Source: Diplonema japonicum
Lineage: Eukaryota > Protista > Euglenozoa: Diplonemea
Length of the DNA stretch: 64,000 nucleotides
Assembly (NCBI GenBank): GCA_964019335.1
Contig: OZ025682.1
Coordinates: forward strand, 62,001 to 126,000
Reading direction: 5' to 3'
The notes below the pieces were generated by a model, which made no database searches, had not been told where the DNA came from, and worked only from the letters and a program-made list of their open reading frames with translations. The translations under genes and the position numbers were made by a program. Position 1 is the stretch's first letter, and every line of letters begins with the position of its first letter. Positions 37,944 to 50,779 of this stretch are shown here, one piece after another.

Positions 37944-39467
37944 TAGTTGGGGGTGCATCGAAAAAAAAAGAGGGGGGTGATGGGGGAAAACTGTGAGAGG
38001 ATGATGACCTATATTTTTTTTTGAAAAAAAGTGATAGCGAAATGGGGAGAGGGGGAAGGGGCAAGGGAAAAAAAAAGTGTTTTTTTTTTTCATATTACCG
38101 ATTCTCCTTTTTTTTTTCATTTCTATCTTTTTTTTTTTTTGTAGTCCCTCCGGTTTTCCGTTTCCCTCCTCTTTCCTTCCCTCCAAGGAACCGCAACCAA
38201 TACACGTGATCCGCCATAATCGGGTATATGTTTTTTTTTTTGAAAAAAAATTCCCCCCCATTTTTTTTTGTGTCTCCTCACCTCTCTTCCCCCCCTTTTT
38301 TTTTTCTTTTAAGACTCTTCTATCTGGGACATTACAGAGAGGAGAGAAAGAGAAAAAAATAGAAAAAAAGAAACCAAAAAAAGAAGAAAAAAAAGGGTGC
38401 ACCAAAAAAATTAAAAAAAGAAAGGAATTCGTAATACCAGCCGCCCCTTTTTTGAGAGAAAGGGAGAAAGAAAGAAAAGAAAAATTTTAAAGGAAAGGAA
38501 GAAGAGGGAAAGGGGGGGGGGGGGGGGTTTATGAGGGATTGGGGGAGGGAGGAAGCATTAAGGACACACATATATACCCACACACACAAATTCCATGAAA
38601 CGGTGACACACAGATAGGAACAATCTACAAATAGAGAGACATGCCCCCCCTTTTTTTTCCTCCCCCTTTTTTTTGAAACCCTTTTTACATTCACCCTCCC
38701 CCCCCCCACCCCCCCGAGAGGAAAAGAAAAATAAAAGAAAGTGTTTTTGCCAAGGCCTCCTTCCCACCCAAGAATTTCTTAGTCAAAAGAAGGTTTTTTT
38801 TTTTGTATAAGAAAAAAAAAAAAAGAAGATGAACCCGATGTTATTTATCTTTTTTCCCTATCACCAAAGACGGGGGTTCCTCAACTTTTTTAAAACTCCC
38901 AAATATAATTTCAATGTAAAAACTTATTAAGGGGCTATCCTTTGGCCAGTGCCGTGCCAGCACTGAGCACACGTATGCACGGAGGCACTGACCACTCGTA
39001 TGTCTATCTAGCTGCGTGAACTCTTCCTTTTAGTCACACCTTTGTGTTGACCGGCTTCTTTTATGTAGGAATACGTGGGAAGTAAGAATAAAAAATGAGG
39101 AGCCATTCTGGTGATCAGGTAGAATACCCACCCCCCCAAAGACTACAGAAAGAGGGGGATCAATAATAATAATAAAAAACAAAAGGGACAACCCATTTCA
39201 TCTTTTTTTTTTGTTAATTTTTTATACTCTTCCAAAGGTAAGATAGTTTCCTTTATAAAAAAAAATGAAATAAAAAAAACGCCTTGAGTGTGCCCCCCCC
39301 CCCCCCCCCCCCGCTCCTCCTCTCACCTTTATTTTTTCTTCTTCCACATACAGTACCTTTTTCTCCCGTCCCCCCCCCCCCCCTCTTCTCGTTTTCTTTT
39401 TTTTGTGTGAATTGAAAAAAAAAATCGTTCTCAATATTTTCTCAAAAAAAATAACGCTTTAAACAGG

Positions 39468-40466
39468 ATGGCGGTAGGTAACGATCCAGAGCCCAAGGGG
39501 AGCGTGGCGGAGGCGGGTGGTGCCTTCGCAGATGGCGAGACAATTGATGACAAGATAAGTAACATGAACGCGAAGAGGGCCACACACGACCTGCCACCTG
39601 TGACAGACGAGGACTACACGATCGAGGGTGAGGGGGAGGACAAGAAGCTTGTGTGGTCGGAGAAAGTGCGTGACGACCTCAACAACATGGCAATGGGGAA
39701 CGTGGACCGCAGTGGGCCTGTGAAGAAGCAGAGCTCCCTTGTGAGGAGACAGCCTGCTGGTGGCGACACGAAGGCGAGTCAGGAGGTGCAGTACTGGCAG
39801 GTCGCTGCCAAGATCGAGAATGGTGAATGTGACCACGTGTACAAGAAACCCAACGGCGCCGCGCACTCTGACGGCCTCGTGTGGGAAAAGAGCGGGATCC
39901 TCTCAGACATCAACAGGACCAAGCCCCTCGACAGCAAGGGGTTGACAGAAGGCGAGAGAGATGTATGAAAGGAAAAGAAGAAGAATAAAGGGGAAAAAAT
40001 AATAATTCACAGGAGCTCTTTAAGTCGTGGGGCAGAAACGAACTCACCCCCAAGAACGTGGTGTCCCCTTTCATGAAGCTTGTGGAACAGTTCAAGGGGT
40101 TCTTCTCTCTTCTCCTTGAGGTTGGTGGTATCCTGTGTTTCATTGCCTACGCAGTGTCCCCCACCACTCCCGAGAACGTATGCTAAGGGAGGGGTTGTTT
40201 TTTTTTTTCTTTTTTTTTTTCTTCTTCTTTTTTAAACAACAACCACAGCTGTACCTGGGTGTCGTGTTGTGGATCGTGGTGACGGTGACCTGCGTGTTCT
40301 CCTTCTGGCAAGAGCAGTCTGCTGACAATATGATGCAAAAGTTCAAAGAAATGGGAGGGTCGCAAAACGTTGTGCGCATCAACGACGGCCCCGGTGCACC
40401 AGTGAGGGAGAAGTTGTTTCCCTCGACTGAGGTATAAAGAAAAAAGAGAAAAAAAATAATAACCCA

Positions 40467-40504
<38 letters not shown>

Positions 40505-42323
40505 TCGTGCCCGGTGACATCGTTATGCTTCGCTTGGGTGACAAGATCACAGCGGACTTCCGTATCCTCGCTACGATCGGAGAGTTCAAAGTGGAGCAGT
40601 CTGCCCTGACCGGTGAACCCGACGCCCTGACGAAGAACAACGAGCCGCATGGGTGCAGAGAGTCTATGGAGAAGGCGGGACTTCTGGAATCAGAGCTGAC
40701 CGGAGACGTGCGGGCACACATCATGAACGCAAGCAGCGAGTGGGGGAAGACGCACGACGGGAAGCCCGGTATGGAGGACGCCATCAGGTGCAGCAACGTC
40801 GCGATGTTCGGAACCAGCATCAAGGAGGGTAAGGCTGTGGCGCAGTGCGTGGCAACCGGAGACTGGACGGTGATGGGGCTGCTGTACGAGATGACGACGC
40901 AGGAGGCAGACGAGGACACGCCGCTCGCACAGGAGATCCACCGTTTCGTGTTCATCATCTCGTGTATCGCTGTGTTCCTCGGGATCCTTTTCCTCATCAT
41001 CTCGCTGAGCTACAACCTGCCGCCCATCGACGTGATCGTCTTCACCATCGGTATCATTGTGGCGAACGTGCCTGAGGGGCTGCTCGCGACGGTGACGGTC
41101 TCGCTGACGCTGACGGCAGCGAGGATGAAGGACGTGAACGTGTTGGTGAAGAACTTGGAGGCTGTGGAGACGCTTGGGTCGACCTCGATCATCTGCAGTG
41201 ACAAGACGGGGACGCTGACGCAGAACAAGATGACGGTGGTGCACGCGTGGACGGCGAACTTCTCGGAGAAGCTTGGGAAGGAGCAGGTTGGAACGTACTG
41301 GAGCACGGCGCCGGAGGGACAGATGGTGAACAACCCCTTCGTCGGGCACGACATGCGCTCCATGGAGCAGACGGACCCCGCTTACGTAGGAAACGAGGTG
41401 TGCGCGGACCTGGTGCAGATCGGGGCCCTGTGCAGCAGTGCGAAGTGGGACGTGCAGGACAAGGTGGACAGGAGGACCGGGAAGATCATTGCGAAGTTCG
41501 CGGACCTCCCGATCCAGCAGAGGACCGCGTCCGGTGACGCTTCGGAGCAGGCCATCATGAAGTACGCTGAGGCGAGGCTGCAGACGAAGGGAGGCGTGGA
41601 GAACATGAGGAGCCGCTTCCCGGACGCGAGGGGCGGGACGATCCCCTTCGACTCGAAGAACAAGTGGATGGTTCAGTCCTGCGAAACCGGCGAGTCCGGT
41701 GAGACCGCTCGCGTGTTCGTGAAGGGAGGTGCCGACAAGGTGTGGCAGTTCGTGAACAGGGTCGCCGCCGTCGACGAGAACAAGAACCTGGTGTACAGAG
41801 CGAAGGCTGACTACGAGGACGCCTTCTTGGAGGTGCTCGCCCTGATGGCGAGCCAGGGTCTCCGTCTCTTCTGCTTCGGTTACCTGGACCTCACCTCCGA
41901 GATGCTCGAGCCCTCGAAGCTCTCCCAGGGCGACGATGTTGTCGGCTCCTGGAGGAACATGCTGAAGCTCCCGCCCGGTACCGACACCTGGGGCGACGAG
42001 CCCAGGCAGCCCAACCTCTTCAGGAAGAACGGTCCTTACTACAGGGAGGATCTCAGCAACGAGCACGGCAGGAACAACGGTCTTGTCTTCGCTGGTATCC
42101 TCGCCCTCCAGGATCCCCCCAGGTTGGGTGTCCCCGAGGCCGTGAAGACCTGCCACGAGGTGTGTGTGTTTGTTTTTCCGTCTTTACCTTTTTTTTTTTT
42201 TTTCTTCTTCTTCTTAGGCCTCCATCCACGTCGTCATGGTTACCGGTGACCACCCCCAGACCGGTGCCGCCATCGCAAAGAACATTGGTATCCTGTGGGG
42301 CAAGACCATGGTATGCAAGCGAC

Positions 42324-42354
<31 letters not shown>

Positions 42355-43686
42355 CAACCACACAGGAGGAGCTTGTGACCGAAAGGTGCCAGATCGGACA
42401 GAAGGGTCTCGACATCGCAAGGCAGGACGGTGCTCTCCCCCAGTCAGTGATCGACCAGTGGAAGGGCAAGCCCGGAATCAAGGCCAACTTCTCCAAGGCT
42501 TTCCAGCAGGAAGTGAAGGAGCAGATCCAGAAGGAGGAGTCCCTGAAGACGGAGGCGGAGAGGACCATCACCTCTCTGGCCGTCGACGGTGAGCAGATCG
42601 CCAAGTGGGACGCCGAGAAGTACACCCAAGACTGGTGTGTGTGAAAAGACACTATGAAAATGATACAAACCAAACCACCACCACAGGTACAAAGCCTTCG
42701 AGTTCGTGCTGAGGAAGGGTAGGTGCGGTCTCGTGTTCGCGAGGACCTCGCCCATCCAGAAGCTGTTTATTGTGAACCACTTCAGAATGGCTCACACCTA
42801 CATGTCGGACGTTAACACCGAGCAGCAGGTGGCGTACGGCGAGATCGACACCGATGCCATGCCCATCCTTGTGGTATGCAGGGGATAGGAGGAGAAACAA
42901 CGACAAGAAAACCCACACAACACAACTACAGAAAGACGAGATGGTGACTGCTGTGACTGGCGACGGTGTGAACGACGCCCCCGCCCTGAGCAAGGCCAGG
43001 ATCGGGATCTGCATGGGTATCGCTGGTACCGATGTGACGAAGGAAGCCGCCGACATGATTCTCATGGACGACAACTTCGCCTCGATCGTGCGTGGTGTGA
43101 AGGAGGGTCGTCTCATCTTCGACAACTTGAAGAAGTCCATCGCCTACACCCTGTCGTCGAACATCCCTGAGATCAGTCCTTTCATCTCCTTCATCCTTGC
43201 CGGGCTTCCCCTGCCCCTCTCCACTGTGCTCATTCTCTGCATCGATCTTGGTACCGACATGGTTCCCGCCATCTCTCTTGCGTATGGAGGAAGAACGGCT
43301 TTTTTTTTTTTTTTTTATATAAATATATCTATCTAACCACCCACCACACACAGCTACGAGAACCCCGAGAAGGACATCATGAAGAGGAAGCCGCGTTCCG
43401 CTGACGACAACCTTGTGACCACCCGTCTGATCTCCTTCTCGTACTTCCAGATCGGAATCGTGCAGGCGCTTGCCGGGTATGCTGCACCACCACCGCACCA
43501 CCGCGACACCACACGCACAGATTCTACACCTTCTTCGCAGTGATGTACAGCGAGGGGTACGCTCCTGAGTCGCTCCCCCAGCACGGGCAGATCAAGGGAT
43601 ACTTCACCCCGGGGGGTCCTCCCTTCGGTGGCTTCTCTGTGACGGAGAACCTGAACTCCTTGGGCACGGCACAGGTACCACTCTTG

Positions 43687-43718
<32 letters not shown>

Positions 43719-44346
43719 ATCATCCAAACAGACCGCCTTCTTCGTGTCGATTGTGATTGTGCAGTGGTCCGACATTTTGATCTGCAAGACCCGTCGTCTG
43801 TCTCTGTTCACGCAGGGCATGAAGTATGTCGTTTGTCAAAAAAAAAAAAAAAAAAAAAAAAAAACCATACTTCCCTCACAGGAACGACCAGCTGAACTTC
43901 GGTCTGTTCTTCGAGACTGCGCTCGCCTGCTTCCTGCTGTACGTGCCGGGTATCTCGCAGGTGCTGGGGCTCAAGAAGCTGAAGTTCATCTACTGGTTGC
44001 CCGCCATCCCCTTCTCCATCCTGATCTTCTGCTACGATGAGACCAGGAAGTGGATCATCAGGCACCACGACGGTATGCAGCATGCACATCCACACACCAC
44101 ACCACAGACGCCATGGACTTCTTCAAGTACCAGAAGGAGAGCGGGCTCCTCAAGGGAGAATACGACGAGGAGAAGTTCTGGGAGGGCGTGTCTCAGGACA
44201 GGGAGAAGGTGGCCCCTCTTGAGGACCCCTTGGAGAAGACCGAGCAGGAGAAGCGCGAGTACCAATCCCACTACGATGACCTCGACAGGACCGCAACAAC
44301 CATGGAGAAGATTGCCAAGTGGCTCGACCTCTACTCTTACTGGTAG
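39468..44346 (+). CDS. ATP1A: P2C-type (Na+/K+-ATPase alpha-like) P-type ATPase, paralog 1. 12 introns: 39963-40012, 40178-40248, 40432-40503, 42160-42217, 42311-42365, 42635-42686, 42874-42931, 43282-43353, 43477-43520, 43675-43731, 43824-43881, 44073-44107
   Basis: [95 protein letters not shown]; ends YSYW*. Confidence 0.92.
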
Positions 44347-45371
44347 AGGGAAAAAAAAATCTTTTTATTTTTCCTTTTTTGGTTGTTTGAGGGAGTGTTT
44401 ATTTTTATTTAAAAAAGAAAAAAAAAAAAAAAAAAAAAAACTGTTGCCAGTAACATTATAAAAAAAAAAAAAGAAAAAGAACCCTTTCCCCCCCCCCCCC
44501 CCATTTCGCCCATTTCCCGCATTTTCTCCCTTTTATGTTGTCGCTCTGTTTACTGTGCTTTTCCCTTTTTTTTTCAAATGAAAAAAAAAAGGAGAGCTGT
44601 TGCCCACATCATTTCATAGAAGAGTGACAACTTCTGTCTTTCTTTTCTTTCTTTCTTTCTTTCTTTTTTTTTTCTTCCTTTCTTCTTCCACATAACATAA
44701 GTACATCTTTATCATGATACCAGCAAATAACAACAAAACAGCAACACCCTTCACAAAGGTGTACCTTTTTCTTTTTTTTTTCTCTTTTTTTTAATCCCTT
44801 CCACCTGTATCTTTCTTTCCATTTCAAGAGGAAAAAAAACCCCCCCCACCCACCCCCACATTTATTGTGTTTGCTGGTATTTTGGATGTGGTTGTTTCTC
44901 CCCCCCCGTCCTCTTTTTGTATCCTTTACTTTTCACTCGCTTTTTTTTTTTTTTACCCACCCCATACCACGGTTGAGTGCCGGCCCACCATCTTATAGAC
45001 CATTTTATTTTTAAAAGGAAAAAAAAAAAGAAATAATGATCCGGAAAAAAAAAAATATGGGAACAGAGGGGAAATGAACTAGTGGGAGGCATGTTTCACA
45101 CTTTTCGTTCTGCCCTGTTCCTGCCCCTCCCGTTGCCCCAAGTCCCCCCCCCACCCCCCTCCCTCACCAATCCAAATTTTTTATTGTGCCTCCCCCCCGC
45201 TGTCGTAACGCTTTTTCTATTTTATTTTTATCCCCCCCTACGGCATCCTCCCATTCTTCTTTCTTTTTTTTTTAAAAAAAAATTACAACTCTTTTTGTAT
45301 TAAGTGTTTTTTCCGGTTTGGTAAAAAATCTTTTTTTTCAAAAACATTCCCACAGAGAGAGAGGCAACGAT

Positions 45372-47268
45372 ATGCCGCATGAACCAGAGCCCCCTAAGAA
45401 GCAGCCTAGCGAGCTGGAAAAGAATTCGCTGAACAAGGGTGAGCAGGCGGAGGGGAAGAAGCTCGTGCCGAAGGGTGGGCCACGTGCGCAGCTCACGGAC
45501 GATGTGAAGTACCGGCAGTCGGCGCAGGAGTTGAGCGAGCTGCACATGTTCCTTGTAGACGGTGAGTTCGCTGGGGACAAGTACCCCCCCAAGAGTCGTA
45601 TGTCCTTGCCCCCACCCCCTGAACACCTTTGCCACAGACCCTGACTTCAACCATGAGATCGACCTCCGGGCCGGAAACCCCAACTACCTTGACATTGAGA
45701 ACCCCGAGCAGTCTGGTGGTCTGACAGATGACCAGAGGGCAAAGATGACTGAGCTGTACGGGCCGAACGCCCTGACCCCCCCGCAGCAGGACCCTGAGTG
45801 GTTGAAGTTCTTGATGCAGTTCACCGGGTTCTTCGCCCTTCTGCTGTTGGGTGGTGGTCTGCTTTGTATGATTGCCTTTGCAGTAGACCCTGCGGGCAGA
45901 GAGAACGTATGCGAACACACACACACACACACACACGCAACACACATGCAACAATATTATTATTATTTTCACAGCTTTTCCTTGGTCTGGTGTTGTTCAT
46001 CGTGGTGATCATCACATCCGTCTTCACCTACCAGCAAGAGGCAGCGTCCGCGAAGATGATGGAGAAGTTCAAGGCGCTCGGGGAGTGCAAGAGCAGGGTG
46101 GTCATTGGGGGCTCGCTGTCGGAGATTGACTCGAGCTCCATCGTGCCCGGGGACATCTTGAACATCAAGCTCGGGGACAAGATTCCTTGCGATTGCCGTG
46201 TGCTGCAGGCGATCGGTGACTTCGCGGTGGTGGAGGCGTCGCTGACCGGTGAGCCGAACGCGATCAAGAAGACGAACAAGCTGTCTGAGATCCCTGATGA
46301 GCCGGCCCTGAGGCAGAAAAACATCGTGATGAACGGGACGGAGATCAACATCGGTGAGGCGTGGTGCATGGCCGTGGCGACGGGAGACCAGAACGTGATG
46401 GGGAGGAACTACAGGATGATGTTGCAGGCGAAGGAGATGAAGGAGGACTCGCCGATCAGGCAGGAGATCGACCGTTTCGTGGAGATCGTGTCTGCGATCG
46501 CTGTGTTCCTCGGTGTGCTGTTCTTCATCATCCTGGTGGTGACGCAGGGGCTCACCATCAACGCTATCGTCTTCACCATCGGTATCATTGTGGCGAACGT
46601 GCCTGAGGGGCTGCTCGCGACGGTGACGGTGGCTCTTGCTCTGACGGCAGCGAGGATGAAGGACGTGATGGTGTTGGTGAAGAACTTGGAGGCTGTGGAG
46701 ACGCTGGGGTCGACCTCGGTGATCTGCAGTGACAAGACGGGGACGCTGACGATGAACAAGATGACTGCCGTGCGTGCCTACGTCGGGGGCCAGATGATGA
46801 CGACGCACCCTATCGAGACAGCGGCCTGGGGCGTGTCCCCTCCCGGGGGTGGCGGCGTCATCTACGAGGAGCTCATGAAGTGCGCAGCCTTCTGCGGAAG
46901 CGCGAGGTTCAAGGCACCGGAGGACCAGAAGGGCGGCGGTGGTATTGTTGCGATGCCGTGGGAGAAGATTCCGTGGACGGAGAGGGAGCACGTCGAGGGT
47001 GACGCCTCCGAGAGGGCAATCCTCATCTTCAACGAGCAGAGACTTGCCGCCTTCGACAACAACGGTGTGACCGGTGTGAAGGGTGACGAGAGGGACCCCA
47101 GCGCCACCACGAACTCCTTCCTTCCCGTTGACATCGACACCATGCAGAAGTGCCTCCTCCCCAAGAAGAACCAGCCCGACATGACATGGAGTCTCTCCGA
47201 AGCGAAGCAGCACTCCTCCCGTGTTGCTGCTTCCAGGCTTACCTACGAGGTGTGAAGAAAAACAACAC

Positions 47269-47313
<45 letters not shown>

Positions 47314-48948
47314 CGTGCACAAGCTCCCCTTCAACTCCAAGAACAAGTGGATGGCTGTCACCACCGACATGAGGAAGCTCGCGAAGAACGATACCGACGA
47401 GAAGTTCGTGACCTGGATCAAGGGTGGGTCCGACGTCGTCTTCGACTTCTGCACGCACACCGTCACCGCCGGGCAGGTCACCGAGCTCTCCGCTGCGGAC
47501 AAGGCTGGTTTCGCCGAGGCAAACGCTGAGCTTGCCTCAAACGGTCTCCGTGTCTTTGCCTTCGCGAAGGTTGCCTACGACTCCTTGAACCACTTGAAGG
47601 AGGGCGACGTATGACATCATCAATTGCACACGCCACACATCATCCACACAACACAACACAGTCCATCGACGACATTGACTCCTACTTCGGGGACACGATG
47701 TTCCAGCCTGACAACTGGCAGGCGGGTGAAACGGTACGGAAGAAAACAATAACAACAACAACAACAACAACAACAATAATAATATACAAACACAGAACGA
47801 GGAAGGGAAGGCGATGGAGGCAGGGAAGCCCAAGCCCATCACCGTGCAGGGGAGGCCGCAGATCCCTCTTGTGAGGCCCGACATCGCAAGGGCAAGGATG
47901 GACAGCGGGGCTGCTGGAAACTACTTCGAGCCGAAGGTTGTGTTCCTGGGTCTGCTCGCTCTGCAGGACCCCCCCCGTCCCGCTGTGCCGCACGCTGTCG
48001 CCATCTGCCGTCAGGCCTCGATCGGTGTTGTGATGGTGACCGGTGACCAGCCCCAGACGGCTGCGGCCATCGCCCGTGACATCGGGATCATCACCAAGGT
48101 CGGGAGGACTGAGGACGACGTCATCATCCAGAAGCTGCTCTGTATGTGAGAGAAGAAGAGGAAGAAAACAAGCAATCACTTTCATTTCACAGCCGAGCCC
48201 GGGAAGACCCGTGCCGACTTCAAGGACAACAGGGAGCGCATCTTGAACTCCCTGAAGGCCGAGGAGAAAGAGGCCATCACCGCCATGGCCGTCGAGGGGA
48301 CCAGGATTGCGGTATGTTGTCTTTTTTGTCTTTTTCTTTTTTTTTCGTTTCTTCGTACCCCCACCCGACAGACATGGAACCCGAAGCAAATGGACGGGAA
48401 CTGGAAGAGGGCTCTGGAGTTCACATGGAAGCAGGGTCTCGTGTTTGCCCGTACCTCGCCCACGCAGAAGCTGCTGATCGTGCAGCACTTCAAGATCAAG
48501 GAGACTGAGGGTGGGCCGGAGAAGATCGTTGCCGTGACCGGCGACGGTGTGAACGACGCCCAGGCTGTGACTGCTGCCGACATTGGTGTGTACATAGGGG
48601 GAAGGGGACCAGCACCGGACACACAGGTATCTGCATGGGTATCGCGGGCATGGACGTGACGAAGGAGGCTGCTGACATGATTCTCATGAACGACAACTTC
48701 GCATCGATCGTGGACGGTATGCATCACCACTGCCACCCACAACCACAGGTGTCCTTGAGGGCCGTCTCATCTTCGACAACTTGAAGAAGTCCATCGCCTA
48801 CACCCTGTCGTCGAACATCCCTGAGATCAGTCCCTTCATCGTGTTCATCCTGCTGGGGATCCCCACCCCTCTTACCACTGTGCTCATTCTCTGCATCGAT
48901 CTTGGCACTGACATGGTCCCCGCCATCTCTCTTGCGTATGCCGCCATC

Positions 48949-48981
<33 letters not shown>

Positions 48982-49705
48982 CCCACCACAGCTACGAGAC
49001 GAAGGAGAGGGACATCATGAAGCGTGCTCCCCGTACGAAGCACGACAACCTTGTGACCGAGCGTCTGATCTCCTTCTCGTACTTCCAGATCGGTGTGATC
49101 CAGGCCCTTGCCGGGTTCTACTGCTACATGGTTGTGTTCTACACAGAGGGCATCCCCCCCAACCTCCTCCCCTTCCACGGCGAGCAGCAGAACTACTTCG
49201 TCCCCGGCGGGTTCCCTCTTGGGGTATGCGGCAAAAAGCAACACGGGGGATAATAAGTAACCACACACACACACACACACACACACACAGGGCTTCTCTG
49301 TGAACGAGTGCATTGAGATGCTGGGCAAGGCGCAGACCGCATTCTGGGTGTCGATTGTGATTGTGCAGTGGGGTGACATTCTGATCTGCAAGACCCGTAA
49401 GCTGTCGCTGTTTGACCAGGGCATGAAGTATGTAGACGGGAAGTTGCCCCCCCTTTTTTTTTTATCCACCTTTTCTCCACAGGAACGACCAGCTGAACTT
49501 CGGTCTGTTCTTCGAGACTGCGCTCGCCTGTGTTCTGGTGTACATCCCTGGTGTGAGGGCGGTCTTCGGTATCAAGAGACTGAGGTTCATCTACTGGCTG
49601 CCCGCCATCCCCTTCTCCATCTTCATCGTCACATACGACGAGCTTAGGAAGTGGCTCATCAGGAACTACCCTGGTGGCTGGCTCGAGAGGAAGACTTACT
49701 GGTAA
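45372..49705 (+). CDS. ATP1A: P2C-type (Na+/K+-ATPase alpha-like) P-type ATPase, paralog 2. 12 introns: 45598-45637, 45907-45974, 47250-47311, 47609-47661, 47734-47795, 48142-48192, 48312-48371, 48586-48626, 48717-48748, 48936-48991, 49224-49290, 49428-49482
   Basis: [68 protein letters not shown]; ends GWLERKTYW* (compare the KETYY tail of animal pumps). Confidence 0.92.
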
Positions 49706-50779
49706 GCATTATGGATGTGTGGCCGTGTACGGCCCTCCTTACGAGATTTTTTCCGGTTTTTTTATCCGAAAAAAAAAAAAAAAAGGTTATTAATAAGGGG
49801 AAGAGGCGAGAGATGTACAAAAAAGAAAATGAAGAAAAAAATAATGGAGATTTTTTTTTTGGTTTATTCGGAGGGAGTGAGGGGGAAAAAAAAAATAAGC
49901 GAGAATAATATAAAAAAAAAAAGGGCGAAAAAAAAAAAAAAAAAAAAAAAAAAAACAGAAACAAATGACGATGGCCTCTCCACCCTGCTCCCCCCCCTCC
50001 CCGTTCCCTGGGTTCCCCTTCTTCTTCTTTTGCCCTCCTCATTTCCTCCCTCCACTGTTCCCACCCTCAACCCCTGTCTCAAACCCCCCCCCCCCCCCCC
50101 CAACATAAGGTATAGAAATAACTAAAAAGAAGAAGAAGGTGTCCTTCCACTTTTTTTTTTAAAATATGTATGTGGTCATGAAGGGCTTGTATTGCACAGG
50201 CCAGAATACCGCAGCATTGAACCCACCCCCATTACCCCATTTTTTTTTCTCTTTTTTTTTTCTCTTTTTTTTTTCCCCCTTGATCAAGAAAAAAAACTTT
50301 TTTTTCTGCTCCCTCGTGATTCCCCCACACCTCAAGCCTTTTTTTTTCCCATCCACTTCAGTTTTCTACCATAAGCAAGTTGGAATACATAGTTGTGTAT
50401 TTGCACCTCTATGCTGTTCCTTCTTTTCTTCTTTTTCTTTTCCCGGTTACAAACAACGACCGTGTTCCTTTTGAGGGAAGAGATGCAAAGAGAAGGCCCG
50501 TATTTACTCCTTTTTTTTAGGGGGGGCAAAACGGTACTTTTTTTTCTCTTCTCTTCCCTCTTCTCTCCCACACCCCCCTTTCCCTTCCCCCCCCCATTTT
50601 TTTTCCCACCGCCCCCATCCCCCTCCATTTTTTTATATTTTTTTATCCTTCTCTTCTTGTATCCTCGCTTTTTTATTTTTTTTTATTTTTTTATTTTTTT
50701 GCGTATCCAATGGGGGGAGAAAAAAAATGGGAAAAAAAAAAATATATATATATATATATAGTTGATATAACAAAAAAAA

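Noticed and set aside
35477-48371. Stop-free 3n introns (35477-35542, 37735-37776, 43675-43731, 48312-48371) as coding insertions or regulated retention
   Set aside because: They translate to homopolymer junk interrupting conserved motifs; 4 of 11 3n introns being stop-free is unremarkable.
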